In this document: positions 61,330 to 64,000 of the stretch, piece after piece
Layout: the number at the start of each line of letters is the position of its first letter
Numbering within the stretch: the stretch's first letter is position 1
Source of the DNA: Torpedo marmorata
Lineage: Eukaryota
Direction of reading: 5' to 3'
Assembly: GCA_977017645.1 (NCBI GenBank)
Contig: OZ360232.1
Coordinates: 77,562,001 to 77,626,000 of the forward strand
DNA length: 64,000 nt
The notes under the pieces: generated by a model
Told to the model about the DNA's origin: nothing
The model's input: the letters and a program-made list of their open reading frames with translations, nothing else
The model's database searches: none
Translations under genes and position numbers: made by a program

Positions 61330-64000
61330 TGATAGGCCTATCAATGATTCCCGAGAGGCAGGAAGTAGTGCAAGAACAGTAGGCTTTTATTAGCTATAAA
61401 AGAGAGCTGCAGTTGACCTGCTGGGACCTGCTGATCTATCCCGGACTGAGGGCGGAGCAGTGGCACAAGGGCCTTTATTCGGGGGAGGAAGGGGGAGGAG
61501 CCACCGGGACAGACAGCAGGACATGCCCAGACTTATCCCCAGCCCACAATACATATAACAGTGGTTTACCACATTCACCCCTCCTTTTTAAAAAAGAGTC
61601 CAACGGGGTGACGTGGCCACTGTGGTTATCTTACAAATACAATGGAGAGTAAAATAAAAGTGTAAAACAGATATATACGAATATATACATATATACATTT
61701 ACAGGTCGAGCTGATCAGGCGGTCGGATCCGCCGCTGCGACCTGCGCAGTACCCGTGGTGACGTGACGGGCTGTGGTGATGGTGGCAGGGTTGTCTCCTG
61801 CCTGGTTTGCAGCAGAGTTGCCTCCTGCCTGGCTTGCAGTACATCCGGCACCGGTGAGGGTGCTGGGGCTGTCGTGCTGGGGGGGTGGGGGGGGGCTGCG
61901 ACAAGGGGTTTTCATTGTCGAGGGCTTCTCCCGGCACTCCTGCGGGCGCCAGGTCTTGTATCGATACGGTGTCTTCCCGCCCATCAGGGAAGACCACGTA
62001 GGCGTACTGAGGGTTAGCATGGGCTAACTGCACCCTCTGGACCATGGGTTCGTATTTGCTACTCCGAAGGTGCTTGCGGAGCAGCACAGGTCCCGGGGAC
62101 ATCAGCCAAGCAGGTAGGGTGGTTCCGGTGGTCGACTTCCTGGGGAAGGAGAAAAGTCGTTCGTGAGGGGTTGCGTTTGTGGAAGTACACAACAGGGACT
62201 GGATAGAGTGGAGGGCTTCGGGGAGGACTTCTTGCCAGCGGGAGACCGGCAATCCCTTGGACTTGAGGGCCAAGAGCGTGGCCTTCCAGACAGTGGCGTT
62301 CTCCCTTTCCACCTGTCCGTTGCCCCGTGGGTTGTACCCCGTGGTCCTACTAGTGGCGATGCCCCGGGCCTGCAGGTACTGTCGTAGCTCTTCGCTCATA
62401 AAAGCTGATCCCCGGTCGCTATGTATATAGCTGGGGAAGCCGAATAGTGTAAATATCTGGCGAAGAGCTTTAATGGCAGAGATGGCCGAAGTATCGGGGC
62501 AGGGAATGGCAAAGGGGAACCGTGAGTATTCGTCAATGATATTGAGGAAATACACATTGCGGTCCGTGGAGGGAAGGGGGCCCTTGAAATCGATGCTGAG
62601 TCGTTCAAAAGGGCGAGAGGCTTTGACCAGCTGTGCCTTGTTGGGGCGGTAGAATTGTGGTTTGCACTCCGCGCAGACTCGGCAACTGCTGGTCATTGTT
62701 CTGACCTCTTCCAGAGAGTAGGGCAGGTTCCTGGCTTTCACGAAGTGGAACAGCCTGGTAACTCCTGGGTGGCAGAGGTCACAGTGGAGGGAGTACAATC
62801 GGTCGATCTGCGCGCTGGCGCACGATCCCCGGGATAGAGCATCGGAGGGCTCATTGAGCTTCCCGGGCCGGTACAGGATATCGTAATTGTAGGTGGAGAG
62901 CTCTATTCTCCACCTCATGATCTTATCGTTTTTGATCTTACCTCGCTGCTGGTTGTTAAACATAAACGCAACAGAGCGTTGATCCGTCAGCAGGGTAAAG
63001 TGCTTACCGGCGAGATAGTGCCTCCAGTGCCTAATAGCCTCCACTATGGCCTGGGCCTCTTTCTCAACCGCGGAGTGCCGAATTTCGGGGCCTTGGAGGG
63101 TCCGTGAGAAGAACGCCACCGGTCTTCCCGCCTGGTTGAGGGTAGCAGCCAGCGCAAAGTCCGATGCGTCACTCTCCACCTGGAAAGATATCGATTCATC
63201 CACCGCATGCATTGCTGCTCGGGCAATGTCCCCTTTTATGAGGTCAAAAGCCTCACGTGCCTCCGATGCGAGGGGAAACGTGGTGGACTTGACAAGGGGT
63301 CGGGCTTTATCCGCGTAATTAGGGACCCACTGCGCATAGTACGAGAAGAACCCGAGGCATCGTTTAAGGGCTTTGGGGTTATGGGGGAGTGGAAGTTCCA
63401 GCAGGGGGCGCATGCGGTCGGGGTCGGGTCCAATAACCCCGTTCTCAACGACGCACCCCAGAATAGCGAGTCGGGTGGTCCCGAACACGCATTTATCTTT
63501 ATTGTATGTGAGGTTTAGCGCCTTGGCTGCCTGCAGGAACCTCCGAAGGTTATTATCATGGTCCTGGCGATCATGACCACATATGGTGATGTCATCCAGG
63601 TATGGGAAGGTGGCTTTGAGCTTAAATTGGTCAACTATTCTGTCCATCTCCCGCTGGAACACGGACACCCCATTTGTGACTCTGAAGGGGACGCGCAGGA
63701 AATGAAACAGCCTGCCGTCCGCCTCAAAAGCGGTGTACGTGCAGTCCTCCCGGCGGATAGGGAGCTGGTGATAAGCTGACTTAAGGTCTATAGTCGAAAA
63801 TAGCCTGTACTGGGCTATTTGGTTCACCATATCCGCGATTCGTGGTAACGGGTATGCGTCCAGTTGTGTGAACCTGTTGATTGTTTGACTATAGTCCACC
63901 ACCATCCTGCTCTTGGCCCCGTTCTTTACCACGACTACCTGGGCTCTCCAGGGGCTATTACTCGGTTCGATGATCCCCTCCCCCAATAGTCGCTTCACCT
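61330..64000 (-). mobile_element. Mag-like Gypsy element; 3' LTR 61330-61573, 5' part beyond the window
   Basis: PPT aaaaggaggggtgaa + TG..CA LTR of 244 bp; pol related to 33909-38416. Confidence 0.92.
61626..63998 (-). CDS. pol: Gypsy Pol (RT-RNase H-integrase), open frame
   Basis: SPWRAQ..YLDD..ESDAS..HPG..CRVCAEC..IDF..SDRGSAF..GQVER. Confidence 0.92.
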   Translation of the reverse strand: MKRLLGEGIIEPSNSPWRAQVVVVKNGAKSRMVVDYSQTINRFTQLDAYPLPRIADMVNQIAQYRLFSTIDLKSAYHQLPIRREDCTYTAFEADGRLFHFLRVPFRVTNGVSVFQREMDRIVDQFKLKATFPYLDDITICGHDRQDHDNNLRRFLQAAKALNLTYNKDKCVFGTTRLAILGCVVENGVIGPDPDRMRPLLELPLPHNPKALKRCLGFFSYYAQWVPNYADKARPLVKSTTFPLASEAREAFDLIKGDIARAAMHAVDESISFQVESDASDFALAATLNQAGRPVAFFSRTLQGPEIRHSAVEKEAQAIVEAIRHWRHYLAGKHFTLLTDQRSVAFMFNNQQRGKIKNDKIMRWRIELSTYNYDILYRPGKLNEPSDALSRGSCASAQIDRLYSLHCDLCHPGVTRLFHFVKARNLPYSLEEVRTMTSSCRVCAECKPQFYRPNKAQLVKASRPFERLSIDFKGPLPSTDRNVYFLNIIDEYSRFPFAIPCPDTSAISAIKALRQIFTLFGFPSYIHSDRGSAFMSEELRQYLQARGIATSRTTGYNPRGNGQVERENATVWKATLLALKSKGLPVSRWQEVLPEALHSIQSLLCTSTNATPHERLFSFPRKSTTGTTLPAWLMSPGPVLLRKHLRSSKYEPMVQRVQLAHANPQYAYVVFPDGREDTVSIQDLAPAGVPGEALDNENPLSQPPPTPPARQPQHPHRCRMYCKPGRRQLCCKPGRRQPCHHHHSPSRHHGYCAGRSGGSDRLISSTCKCIYVYIRIYLFYTFILLSIVFVR

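Overview
Eukaryotic, repeat-saturated vertebrate DNA. V-domain tRNA-SINEs, Rex1/Babar LINEs, Penelope-like elements and AT-rich L1 point to a cartilaginous fish (inference). A host gene I cannot name appears to run on the minus strand from a CpG-island first exon (52954-53281) through several small phase-compatible exons (32137-32220, 27292-27368, possibly 26778-26837, ~17429-17531, 4891-4943). Its introns hold nested retroelements: a CsRn1-type Gypsy, a Mag-type Gypsy, a solo LTR, five L1 pieces (one L1 inside another), many Rex1 fragments, two Penelope-like elements with hammerhead-like motifs and MITEs. Upstream lie two interleaved ERV relics and a second Mag-type Gypsy. The standout is a very young 5983-bp BEL/Pao-derived LTR element (5797-11779) with apparently identical 623-bp LTRs and a GGCAG TSD. 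It has no recognisable RT/RNase H/integrase core but keeps one uninterrupted ~1290-aa ORF. In that ORF a SAFB/SLTM-like SAP domain and a MIPOL1-like coiled coil flank Gag-protease. In place of a tRNA PBS it has a 10-nt sequence perfectly complementary to its own LTR (candidate self-priming). All family and homology calls come from motif recognition by eye; no searches were run.
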